From: Verrucomicrobiia bacterium
GTDB lineage: Bacteria > Verrucomicrobiota > Verrucomicrobiia > JABWAM01
Assembly: GCA_028687435.1 (NCBI GenBank)
Contig: JAQUAF010000010.1
Span: forward strand, 9,176-73,175
Direction of reading: 5' to 3'
Length of the DNA: 64,000 bases
The notes under the pieces were generated by a model. That model saw only the letters and a list, made by a program, of their open reading frames with translations. It did not search any database and was not told the DNA's origin. Below, one piece after another: positions 7,945-17,213 of this stretch (positions are counted from its first letter, which is position 1; each line of letters opens with the position of its first letter). A program made the position numbers and the translations under genes.

Positions 7945-8712
7945 ATGAAGAATGAACTGTCTAACAATGAGTCGTCTGAGCTGAGGTCCTGCGAACGGAC
8001 TATTGAGCAGACGAAGGGGGCATTTGTCGCCTGCGGGCTGGCCTTATCAAAGATTCGAGATCGAAAACTCTACCGGCGCGACTTCGATACCTTCGAGGAA
8101 TATTGTCGTGAAAAATGGGGGTGGGGGCGGCAATACGCCTACCAGCTCATCGAGTGCGCGGAAGTGAAAATGTCACCAATTGGTGACAAAATTGGCAATC
8201 AAGGACAAGCCAAGGCCATTGCCGCGGTGCCTCCTGAGCGACGGAAAGAGGTCATGGAAAAGGCTTCGGCTTCCGGGGCTGTGACGGCAAAAAAGATCAC
8301 GGAAGCCGCCAAGGATGCCAAGGCGTCTGCAAAGGCGGAATCCAAGCCGGTGATCGAGCTTGATCAAACCGGCTGGCCAATTCCTGTGGAGGTTCTACCG
8401 GACTGGCGTAGGGCCGAACAGGTTTCAAGCCTGATTGCGGAAGTGAAGCGTGTGAAGCTGGCTGTAAAGGCTGCGCTGGAGTCTCAGGATTGCGTCTGGT
8501 GCGAGGTCAATAATCTCACCCTGTCGAAGATCCAAAACATCCAGACAAGCCTTTCCTGTGTCATTCCCTATGCGGTTTGCCCTACCTGCAACGGCAATCA
8601 TAGGGAGAAGTGCGCTCTCTGCCGCCGCCGAGGGTTCCTTTCAAAGTTTCTCTGGGATTCGGCTGTCCCGGAGGAGACGAAAAAAATCCGCGCCAAGGGG
8701 GTAAAACGATGA
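7945..8712 (+). CDS. Phage DNA-binding protein with TFEEYCREKWGWGRQYAYQLIECAEV motif and a C-terminal Cys-rich zinc finger
   Basis: The motif is conserved in many phage/plasmid proteins. It contains the third palindromic site (8171-8188) in frame, coding VKMSPIGDKI. Confidence 0.45.
   Translation: MKNELSNNESSELRSCERTIEQTKGAFVACGLALSKIRDRKLYRRDFDTFEEYCREKWGWGRQYAYQLIECAEVKMSPIGDKIGNQGQAKAIAAVPPERRKEVMEKASASGAVTAKKITEAAKDAKASAKAESKPVIELDQTGWPIPVEVLPDWRRAEQVSSLIAEVKRVKLAVKAALESQDCVWCEVNNLTLSKIQNIQTSLSCVIPYAVCPTCNGNHREKCALCRRRGFLSKFLWDSAVPEETKKIRAKGVKR
8171..8188. promoter_or_regulatory. Third copy of the 18-bp palindrome TGTCACCAATTGGTGACA, intragenic
   Basis: Identical to 1855-1872 including flanks (aATGTCACCAATTGGTGACAAAAT). 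Confidence 0.55.
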
Positions 8713-10349
8713 GACTGCGAGATTACCAAGTTGCGACGGTCGACGCGATTTTCAAGGAATGGGAGGAAAACCAGTCAACCCTGGCCGTCCTGCCTACGGG
8801 GTGCGGGAAGACCCAAATCTTTTGCGAGGTTATCCGGCGCGTCCAGCCGCGGCGGGCTTTGGTTATTGCCCATCGCGAAGAGTTGATCTTTCAAGCCGCC
8901 AAGCGAATCGAATCCATTGGGGTTGGCGCCGAAATTGAAATGGCGGATCAAAGGGCAAGCGTGAATCTTTGGACGCGAGCGCCCGCCGTTGTCTCGACCG
9001 TTCAAACGCAATGCGCCGGCGGCAATGGTGGACGCATGACGCTGTTCAAGCCGGAGGATTTCGGGGTGTTGATCATCGATGAGGGGCATCATGCGACAGC
9101 CAGTTCGTACCGGCGAGTGATGGCCTATTACGGTCAAAATCCTGAACTCAAAATTTTGGGCGTCACGGCGACGCCGGACCGGGCCGATGAAGAGGCTCTT
9201 GGGCAGGTGTTTCAATCCGTGGCCTTTGATTATGAAATCCTTGACGCCATCAAGGATGGCTGGCTTGTTCCCATCGAGCAGAAAATGATCGAGATCGAGG
9301 GGCTTGATTTCAGCGCGATTCGGACAACAGCCGGCGATCTGAACGGCGGCGATCTGGCGGCGGTGATGGAGGCGGAACAGAATTTGCACGGGGTGGCATC
9401 GGCAACCCTGGACATCGTTGGCCAAAAAAAGACGCTGGTTTTCACGGCGAGCGTGAAACAGGCGGAAATGCTCTCCGAGATATTCAACCGGCACAAACCC
9501 GGCGCATCCGATTGGATTTGTGGCGAAACCCCCAAGGACGCCCGGAGGGAGCGCCTCGAACAGTTTTCAACTGGCCAGACTCAATTCATGGTCAATTGCG
9601 GCGTTCTGACCGAGGGTTTTGATGCGGTGGGTATTGAGGTTGTCGTGATGGCTCGCCCGACAAAAAGCCGCGCGCTCTATTCGCAGATGGTTGGGCGCGC
9701 CACCCGGCCCCTGCCGGGGGTTGTCGATGGTCCTCCAACGCCAGAAATGCGTCGGATGGCCATGGCTGCCAGCGCCAAACCGTCATGTCTGGTGGTTGAT
9801 TTTTCGGGCAATACCGGACGGCACAAGCTGATGACTACCGCCGATATTTTGGGCGGTAAATTCGAGGATGAGGTGATCGAGCGAGCCAAAAAGGTTGCCG
9901 AAAAAGCCGGGAAGCCGGTCAATATGGCCGAAGTCCTGGAGGAGGAAAAAGAGAAGGCCCGATTGGAGGCGGAGGAACGCCGAAGGGCTGAAGCTGCGCG
10001 GCGGGCGCACCTGATCGGGAAGGCCAAGTTTTCCGCCCGCACAGTCAACCCGTTTGATGCGTTTGATCTTGATCCAGAGCGTGCCCGCGGCTGGAACAAC
10101 AATAAGACCCTGAGTGACAAACAGACGGCGTTGCTGTTGCGGCAGGGGATCGATCCAAGTGGGATGCCCTACGGCCAGGCCAAGCAGGTTTTAAATGAAC
10201 TGTTCAGGCGTTGGAACTCCAATCTGGCAACCCTGAAGCAATGCTCGCTTCTCAAAAAGTATGGGTATGAAACTAAAAACCTGACCATGCAGGAAGCGTC
10301 TGCCCTGATTGATGGGTTGGCACAAAACGGATGGAGGCGCGCGGCATGA
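8709..10349 (+). CDS. Phage SF2 DNA helicase (DEAH-like; type III restriction res-subunit-like fold)
   Basis: Motifs LAVLPTGCGKT (I), DEGHH (II), GVTATP (III) and QMVGRATR (VI). ATGA coupling with the upstream gene. Confidence 0.75.
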   Translation: MRLRDYQVATVDAIFKEWEENQSTLAVLPTGCGKTQIFCEVIRRVQPRRALVIAHREELIFQAAKRIESIGVGAEIEMADQRASVNLWTRAPAVVSTVQTQCAGGNGGRMTLFKPEDFGVLIIDEGHHATASSYRRVMAYYGQNPELKILGVTATPDRADEEALGQVFQSVAFDYEILDAIKDGWLVPIEQKMIEIEGLDFSAIRTTAGDLNGGDLAAVMEAEQNLHGVASATLDIVGQKKTLVFTASVKQAEMLSEIFNRHKPGASDWICGETPKDARRERLEQFSTGQTQFMVNCGVLTEGFDAVGIEVVVMARPTKSRALYSQMVGRATRPLPGVVDGPPTPEMRRMAMAASAKPSCLVVDFSGNTGRHKLMTTADILGGKFEDEVIERAKKVAEKAGKPVNMAEVLEEEKEKARLEAEERRRAEAARRAHLIGKAKFSARTVNPFDAFDLDPERARGWNNNKTLSDKQTALLLRQGIDPSGMPYGQAKQVLNELFRRWNSNLATLKQCSLLKKYGYETKNLTMQEASALIDGLAQNGWRRAA

Positions 10350-11167
10350 GCACCATCTACGAATGGATCAGGGTGACAAAACAGGCACCGTGCCCATGCT
10401 GCGGGAAACCGGATTGGTGCACTGTGGCGGTTGATCATGGGTTGGCCTGCTGCATGCGGATTCAATCGGATCGACCAGCCAAAAACGGGGGATGGCTGCA
10501 TAAAGTCGGGGAAACCCTCTCAAAACCGGTGCCCCGCCAGCCGCCGGCACCCGTCAAAATGATCGATTTTGCAAGCCTCTGGCGTATCTGGTGGGAAAAA
10601 ACCTCTGACGAAAAGATTGGACGATTTGCCAGCGGGCTTGGGGTTTCGTCCTTTTCCCTCTTAGCCCTTGGCTGCTGCTGGACACCTGAACACAACGCAT
10701 GGGCTTTTCCCATGAAGGACAATTCCCATGGCATCATCGGCATTCGCCTGCGGAACGATGCGGGGAAAAAATGGGCGGTTCGCGGTTCGCATGCGGGGCT
10801 ATTTATCCCTGAGATCCCGAAACGCAATGAACTGTTCATTTGCGAGGGCCCAACGGATTGCGCGGCGGCGATAAGTCTCGGTATTCCTGCCATCGGTCGC
10901 CCCTCGTGTATGGGCAATGAAAAACAGATTGCTGATTTAATCATGAAGAAGGGCGTCAAGCAGGTCGTTGTTGTGTCTGACAACGATGGCCCCGGGCTGC
11001 TTGGGGCGCAACGATTGCAGAAAAGCCTGCCGGTTCTGTCGTGCATCTGGACGCCTCCCGCAAAAGACCTTCGCGAATTTCTGAAACTCGGCGGAACCCG
11101 GGCGGTGATTGAATCCATGACGCGGGGAATCTGCCGGACAAAACCAATAAAAAAGGAAACTCCATGA
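10346..11167 (+). CDS. Phage DNA primase (N-terminal CxxC zinc finger plus TOPRIM)
   Basis: CPCCGKPDWC...CC zinc-binding motif. TOPRIM motifs LFICEGPTDCAAAISLGIPAIG and VVVVSDNDGPG. ATGA overlap with the helicase. Confidence 0.65.
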   Translation: MSTIYEWIRVTKQAPCPCCGKPDWCTVAVDHGLACCMRIQSDRPAKNGGWLHKVGETLSKPVPRQPPAPVKMIDFASLWRIWWEKTSDEKIGRFASGLGVSSFSLLALGCCWTPEHNAWAFPMKDNSHGIIGIRLRNDAGKKWAVRGSHAGLFIPEIPKRNELFICEGPTDCAAAISLGIPAIGRPSCMGNEKQIADLIMKKGVKQVVVVSDNDGPGLLGAQRLQKSLPVLSCIWTPPAKDLREFLKLGGTRAVIESMTRGICRTKPIKKETP

Positions 11168-11222
11168 AAGACTTCACGCTCTACAACGAGGATTGTGTAC
11201 GCGCGGGGAAAGTGAGGGCGGC

Positions 11223-11597
11223 ATGATAGCGCTATCAATCCGTCAACCTTGGGCATGGCTCATTATGAGCGCGGGGAAGGACATCGAAAACCGCAACTGG
11301 CTAACGAAGTACCGTGGGCCTGTTTTGGTTCATGCGGCGAAAGGCATGACCGAAGATGAGTATTACGAGGCTGTTGCCTTTGTAGCCGAGGAAGTTGATC
11401 CTTCAATCAGCATCCCAAACATGGAGGAATTGCAGCGCGGGGGAATCGTTGGGAAGGTTGATATTGTTGATTGCGCGACCAGTTCCCCGTCGCGCTGGTT
11501 CGTCGGAAAATATGGATTTGTTTTGGCCGAACCGCACCCACTTCCGTTTTTCCCATGCCGTGGAGCACTTGGCTTTTTCAATGTGGAGGTGCAGTGA
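11223..11597 (+). CDS. ASCH domain protein
   Basis: MIALSIRQPWAWLIMSAGKDIENR...GFF resembles the ASCH signature. Confidence 0.5.
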   Translation: MIALSIRQPWAWLIMSAGKDIENRNWLTKYRGPVLVHAAKGMTEDEYYEAVAFVAEEVDPSISIPNMEELQRGGIVGKVDIVDCATSSPSRWFVGKYGFVLAEPHPLPFFPCRGALGFFNVEVQ

Positions 11598-12241
11598 TGA
11601 CGCCATATTACGACCACGCCGGGATTACGATTTACCATGGCGATTGCCGGGAGATTCTGCCGTCATTGGCCGAGGTGGAGATGTTGTTAACTGACCCGGT
11701 TTGGCCGAATTGTGCAACAATCCTACAGGGGGCGGATCGAGCCGGGGAGCTATTTCATGAAATGTGGTCATGGCTGAATAAGCCGAAAAGGGCAGCAATT
11801 CAAATCGGATGCGACACCGACCCGCGCTTTTTGTCGTGCGTTACGCTTCCGTTTTTTAGAGTGTGTTGGCTGGAACTAGCGAGGCCACATTACAAAGGAC
11901 GGCTGATGTACGGCTCTGACGTGGCCTATCTGTATGGCGAGCCTCCGCCATCCCGCCCCGGCAACCATGTAATTTCTGGACGATTCATTGATTCTGATTC
12001 AAGCGGCAAGCAAGCTGATCATCCGTGCCCCAGAAAGATTGGTCATGTTCAGTGGTTAATCAGTAAATGGAGTGCCGAGACTGATGCAATCCTCGATCCC
12101 TTCATGGGTTCCGGCACAACGCTTAGGGCTGCCAAGGATATTGGGCGCAAGGCTATCGGCATTGAGATTGAAGAACGTTACTGCGAAATCGCCGCCAAAC
12201 GCATGGCGCAGGAGGTTTTGCCGTTGTCAGATGTAGATTAG
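11597..12241 (+). CDS. Orphan DNA methyltransferase, beta-class (N6-adenine or N4-cytosine)
   Basis: IYHGDCREILP plus a DPVWP (DPPY-like) motif precede the FxGxG motif ILDPFMGSGTT. GGAGGTG RBS upstream; the start overlaps the upstream stop. Confidence 0.65.
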   Translation: MTPYYDHAGITIYHGDCREILPSLAEVEMLLTDPVWPNCATILQGADRAGELFHEMWSWLNKPKRAAIQIGCDTDPRFLSCVTLPFFRVCWLELARPHYKGRLMYGSDVAYLYGEPPPSRPGNHVISGRFIDSDSSGKQADHPCPRKIGHVQWLISKWSAETDAILDPFMGSGTTLRAAKDIGRKAIGIEIEERYCEIAAKRMAQEVLPLSDVD

Positions 12242-13431
12242 TTCGATTTTAACCCGTCGAGAATCGCCCAAAACTGTTCAGCGGTTGTGCGCGGAATGGC
12301 CTTCCGGTAATGCTCTTTGATTACGTCAACGGAATTGCCCATGATTTCCGCCAGCCGCGCGCTCCCGCCTTCGAATCCTGCGGCTCCGGCCAGGCTCATG
12401 GCCAGCCAGTAGGAGGCAAAAGAGTGCCGAAGGCAGTCAGTTGGGAAGGGGGTTTTCTCGCCAAATCCCGCCATGGTTTTTACCGCCTGAATTTGCTTTT
12501 GCCAATTCTGCCCAGCCAAAGAGCCATCCCATTTGAATTTATTCATCCGCTTGGACAGGGAATCTCTCATGTGAACGTATCGAATCTCTCCTCGGAGTTT
12601 GCGGGAGATGACCTTGATTTCCTGAGTCTCGAAATGAATGTCGCCCCTCCGAAGATCCTCCGCTTCCGAAGGCCGGAGGCCGGCAAAAAGCCCAAGCAGC
12701 GCGTAAGGAGTGGCGCGTTCACGGAAGGAACTGGCATAGGCGGCCTCAACCAATTTTTTGGCCTGTTCGACCGTAAGAATTTCAGCCTCTTTTGTGACAT
12801 GGGTGATTCTCATGAATTGGGCCGGGTTCGACGTGATCCAGCCGCGTTTTACGCACCACTTGAAAAACTCCGAAGCCACGGACTTGATTCCCGCCATTGA
12901 ACGGGAGGAAAATTTTGTTTTATTTAGCCAGTCCTCGAAATCAGCAACGGTGATGGAGGTAAGGTTTTCTTGGGGGAAAGCCTCCGTGAGGTGCTTCAAT
13001 CGCTTCCGGGCGGTCTTCAGGCTGTTGTTCGAGTATTTGTCGGCCTGGTTGAGTTCTTTCTTCATCTCCATGAATTTTTCAACCGCTTCGGCCAGCTTGA
13101 GATTTGAAAGCCTGTTTTGAGCGTCCCGGTGGGAAATGTAAAAATTTACGGCTTCAAGAAGGGTTGCCCCATACGGGAGAAGTTTTTCTTGGGCGCGCAT
13201 GGCGTCCACTCGAAGGGCGTTGGGAATGGATCCTTCGATAAACCCAACTTTCATTACGTCCTGTCTGAGCACTTCCGCGCGCCCTTCGGCCAGCTTCTTG
13301 CTGTGAAAGTATTCACGCTTGCCTTCTCGGGCGCCAGCGTGGTAGCGTCTGCCATCGACCACCCAGTACTTGATTCCGCTGATGTCGGTTTCAAAAATAT
13401 TTGGCCAATCTTTGTTGAGCATTCGAGCCAT
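12238..13431 (-). CDS. int: Tyrosine-type phage integrase
   Basis: C-terminal catalytic pattern GLRPSE...LRHSFASYW...EHYRK (R..HxxR..Y). It lies at the edge of the phage-like gene block, oriented inward. Confidence 0.8.
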   Translation of the reverse strand: MARMLNKDWPNIFETDISGIKYWVVDGRRYHAGAREGKREYFHSKKLAEGRAEVLRQDVMKVGFIEGSIPNALRVDAMRAQEKLLPYGATLLEAVNFYISHRDAQNRLSNLKLAEAVEKFMEMKKELNQADKYSNNSLKTARKRLKHLTEAFPQENLTSITVADFEDWLNKTKFSSRSMAGIKSVASEFFKWCVKRGWITSNPAQFMRITHVTKEAEILTVEQAKKLVEAAYASSFRERATPYALLGLFAGLRPSEAEDLRRGDIHFETQEIKVISRKLRGEIRYVHMRDSLSKRMNKFKWDGSLAGQNWQKQIQAVKTMAGFGEKTPFPTDCLRHSFASYWLAMSLAGAAGFEGGSARLAEIMGNSVDVIKEHYRKAIPRTTAEQFWAILDGLKSN

Positions 13432-13614
13432 GGTAGGTCTAAGACCGGTCTAAATCAAGGTTTCTTGAAGTGGAAGCCTTTTGGGAAGCCCGCATTCTAC
13501 CATTGAACCACACCCGCGGTGACGAAGAACCGCCTGTTAGAATAGGAAACGGCGGGTGGAAGTCAAGGCGGCTTTGGGCTTGTGCCAGCCGGATGGCGAG
13601 GGTAAACACTGGGG

Positions 13615-14271
13615 ATGACGGAAAGCAAAAAAGGAAGCGGTTGTTTTTTCAAGGGGTGTCTGGTTCTGTCGATCCTGACGACCTTTGGGGTGGTGGGGGT
13701 CGGGGGCGGGGTGTGGTGGCTTTATTCCACGATCCGGTCGCATACGGCGGCAAAACCGGCGGTTTTGGCGCCAAAACAGGCGCCCATGACCAATGTGGGG
13801 GAAATGCTGGGGCGGTTGATGAGGTTCCAGCGGGATGTCCAGGCGGGAGGCAAGGTGCAGTTGGCGTTGTCGGCGGGGGATTTGAACATGGCGCTTGGCC
13901 TGGCGGCCAAGGATGTGAATGCGCGTTTCAGGATCGAAAACCGATTGTTGATTCTCGATGTTTCAACGCCCGTGGCAAAAGTTCTGGAAAAGACTCCGTT
14001 GCAGGGATTGAAATTATGGGAGGACCGGCATTTGAACATGGCCATCGCCATGGCGCCCGCATTGGAAAAAGGGCGGGTGAAATTGAATGTGCAACGGGTG
14101 AACACCGATGGCGGAGTGGTGGACCGGAGATTGTGGAAGGGCATGGAGCCGGAGATGGAAAAAGAAATCAACGATCAACTGGCTGCCAATCCCGTTGCCA
14201 AGGCGTTCCTCTCCGAGTTGAAGGGAATCGGTGTCCAAGGCGACAAGCTGGTGATTGATTTCGGGGAGTAA
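13615..14271 (+). CDS. Membrane-anchored hypothetical protein
   Basis: N-terminal TM segment; 218-aa ORF with normal composition. Confidence 0.4.
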   Translation: MTESKKGSGCFFKGCLVLSILTTFGVVGVGGGVWWLYSTIRSHTAAKPAVLAPKQAPMTNVGEMLGRLMRFQRDVQAGGKVQLALSAGDLNMALGLAAKDVNARFRIENRLLILDVSTPVAKVLEKTPLQGLKLWEDRHLNMAIAMAPALEKGRVKLNVQRVNTDGGVVDRRLWKGMEPEMEKEINDQLAANPVAKAFLSELKGIGVQGDKLVIDFGE

Positions 14272-14449
14272 GGATTCGTCAATAAATAACCTTTGCAACC
14301 TGACTGGCTCTTTTGTCCGCCAACTTTGTTGCGCGCCGGTTACAGATCCACAGGGGATATGCTCCCTCCTTGAGCCTCGTTGGCAAGCAAAATTTCTGCG
14401 TCATCCTGTAAACCTTATTTTTTGACGCATCCTAAGGCGGTGTTCGGAA

Positions 14450-15623
14450 TCAGGCAATCCGGTAAAAGAGTTTTTTGCCGATCTTGAGCACGTCGCCGGT
14501 TTTGGGAGTCAGGCTGGCTTGCGGGTCTGCGAGTTTTTGTCCGGCGAGTTCGACTCCGCCTTGCTGGATGAGCCGGCGGGCTTCGCCGCGGCTGGCGATC
14601 TTGCCGGTGCTCATCACCAGGTCAAGGGCGGTGATGGACGCCGCCGCCGTGAGAGCCGGCAGGTCTGCGGACGAAACGTCGCGTTTGGAAAACTTCTGTT
14701 CAAAATCGGTCCGTGCTTGCCGGGCCTTTTCGGAATCGTGAAAACGTTCCACCAAGGCCTGGGCAAGTGACTTTTTGGCTTCCATGGGATGTCCGTTTTT
14801 GAGCTGGCTGATTTCCTGTTCCGACTTGCCAAACAGCAGGATGTACCAGCGCCACATGAGATCGTCGGAGATGGACATGGCCTTGCCAAAGATGTCGGAT
14901 GGCGTTTCAGTGACGCCGATATAGTTGCCCAGGCTTTTGCTCATTTTCTGCGTGCCATCCAATCCTTCGAGAATGGGCAGGAGCATGGCCACTTGTTGTT
15001 CCTGTCCCTCGTCCTTTTGCAGATCGCGTCCCACGAGGATGTTGAAAAGCTGATCGGTGCCGCCGAGTTCCACGTCGGCCCGCACCATCACGGAGTCCCA
15101 TCCCTGCATGATGGGATAAACGGTTTCGTGGTGGCGGATGTCCGTGCCGGCCTGCAGGCGTTCCTTGAAATCGCGCCGCTGCATCATTTGGGAGATGGAT
15201 ACCCGGCTGCTGAGGCGGATGACCTCGGCAAAACTCATTTTGCCAAACCATTCTCCGTTGAAGACGACTTCCAGCCGGTCGTGTGAAAGCACCTTGAACG
15301 CCTGATCCTGATAGGTTTTGGCGTTGGCGAGGATGGCCTCGCGGCTGAGGGGGGGGCGGGTGGTGGATCGTCCGGTTGGGTCGCCGATCATGGAGGTGAA
15401 ATCGCCAATGATGAGGACGGCGGTGTGGCCCAGATCCTGAAACTGGCGGAGTTTGGCGAGCGCCACAGTATGGCCCAGATGCAGATCGGGCGCGGTGGGA
15501 TCCACTCCCAGTTTGATGCGCAGAGGGATGTTTTTGGAGAGTTTTTTCTTCAAGTCCTCGTTGGAGATGACTTGGGCTGCTCCACGGAGCAGGAGATCGA
15601 TCTGTTCGGAAACGGATTTCATG
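14450..15623 (-). CDS. tyrS: Tyrosine--tRNA ligase
   Basis: HIGH-like HLGH and KMSKS motifs plus a C-terminal S4-like domain. Start chosen at the Met giving a ~391-aa protein. Confidence 0.85.
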
Positions 15624-15690
15624 GGAAATGGGAATTTTCCCGAGATCAGCTTGAAAAGCAAGGCTTCCCTGAGGCATTCTGGGCGAACAT

Positions 15691-16389
15691 TTGAAAACGC
15701 ATCCAATTCTTCTGTTATGGGACATAGACGGAACCATCCTGCATTCCGGCGGCGCAGGGGTGGAGGCCATTCGACAGGCCATGAGGCAACGTTTTGGTCT
15801 TGTTGATGATTTGAGGGGGGTTTCGATGGCTGGGAGGACGGATGTGGCCATTTTTCAGGAAATCTGCCTCCGCCACCCAGGGACGAAAATGTCGCCGGAG
15901 GTTTTGCTGCGGGCGTACCTTGATGAATTGCCGGTCTGGCTTCCCAAGCGGCAGGGAGAGGTTTTCCCAGGGGTGAGGGAGTTGCTGGAGTGGGCGCACC
16001 GGCATTCCGAGGTTCATAATGTCTTGTTGACCGGCAACATGAAGGAGGGGGCTTATCACAAATTGCGGCATTATGGTCTGGCGGATTACTTCGAGTTCGG
16101 CGCTTTCAGCGATGATTCGTCCGTGCGCAACGATCTGGGGCCCATTGCCCTTGGCCGCGCCCGCGAGTGTTTGAAGAAGGATTTTCGCCTGGATCAAACC
16201 TGGGTGATCGGCGACACACCCTTTGATGTGGCTTGCGCCCGAAGCCTGGGATGCAAGGTGCTGGCCGTGGCAACGGGCGAACATTCGGTGGAACAGTTGA
16301 GCGCCTGCAAACCGGATGCGGTTTTGTCAAAACTGGCTGATTTGGATGAGGTCAAGGCTTTGTTGTCAGGCTGTCAGAATGAAGGCTGA
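15691..16389 (+). CDS. HAD-superfamily hydrolase (phosphoglycolate-phosphatase-like)
   Basis: LWDIDGTIL DxDGT motif I; overall HAD pattern. Confidence 0.6.
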   Translation: MKTHPILLLWDIDGTILHSGGAGVEAIRQAMRQRFGLVDDLRGVSMAGRTDVAIFQEICLRHPGTKMSPEVLLRAYLDELPVWLPKRQGEVFPGVRELLEWAHRHSEVHNVLLTGNMKEGAYHKLRHYGLADYFEFGAFSDDSSVRNDLGPIALGRARECLKKDFRLDQTWVIGDTPFDVACARSLGCKVLAVATGEHSVEQLSACKPDAVLSKLADLDEVKALLSGCQNEG

Positions 16390-16412
16390 GAACCGAAGGA
16401 AAGGCGGGCGAT

Positions 16413-17213
16413 TTGAAAATGGAGAAGGCATCAGGCGGGATTCAGGAGACAACTTTAAAGGCAACCATTGCCTATGATGGCGGCGCTTATGTGGGATGGC
16501 AGCGGCAAATATCGGGCATGACGGTCCAGCAGCGGTTGGAAGATGTGTTGAAACAGCTTGCGGGGCGGATTGTGACAACCCATGGCGCCAGCCGCACGGA
16601 TCAGGGTGTGCATGCATTGGGGTTGGTGGTCGGTTGGAAATGGGACCTCAAGCGAATGCCGGTTGAACAGTTGCGGCGGGCGTTGAACGGCCTGCTGCCG
16701 GCGGATATTCGCGTCCTGAAGCTGGCAAGGGCAAAGGCGGGTTTTAACGCCCGGTTTGACGCCAAGTGGAAGCTGTATCGTTATCGAATCCTGAATCGCG
16801 ACGTTGCGGATCCTTTCCGTCGCGCGGGGACCTGGTTCATTTTTGGGAAAATGGATGTGAAGGCCATGCGCAAGGCCGCGGCCTGTTTTGTGGGAAAACA
16901 CCATTTTGGCGCCTTTGCCGTGAATCCCGGCTATGAGCGGACTTCCATGGTGAGGGAGATCCGTCGTTGCCTGGTGCGGAGCAAGGGGGATGAGATCCAG
17001 ATCGAGGTGGAGGGAAACGCCTTTCTTTACAAAATGGTTCGCTCAATGGTTGGGACCCTGGTTGAAGTGGGAATGGGAAAACGGCCCGCCGATTCGATCA
17101 GGACATTGCTTGTTTCGAGGGACCGCCGGCAGGCCGGAAAAACCGCGCCGCCGCAGGGGCTTTACCTGGTGAAGGTTTTTTACCGGCGATCGGCCGCCCG
17201 TGTCATTCCCTGA
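16413..17213 (+). CDS. truA: tRNA pseudouridine(38-40) synthase
   Basis: IAYDGGAYVGWQRQ and GASRTDQGVHA TruA signatures. Confidence 0.8.
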   Translation: MKMEKASGGIQETTLKATIAYDGGAYVGWQRQISGMTVQQRLEDVLKQLAGRIVTTHGASRTDQGVHALGLVVGWKWDLKRMPVEQLRRALNGLLPADIRVLKLARAKAGFNARFDAKWKLYRYRILNRDVADPFRRAGTWFIFGKMDVKAMRKAAACFVGKHHFGAFAVNPGYERTSMVREIRRCLVRSKGDEIQIEVEGNAFLYKMVRSMVGTLVEVGMGKRPADSIRTLLVSRDRRQAGKTAPPQGLYLVKVFYRRSAARVIP

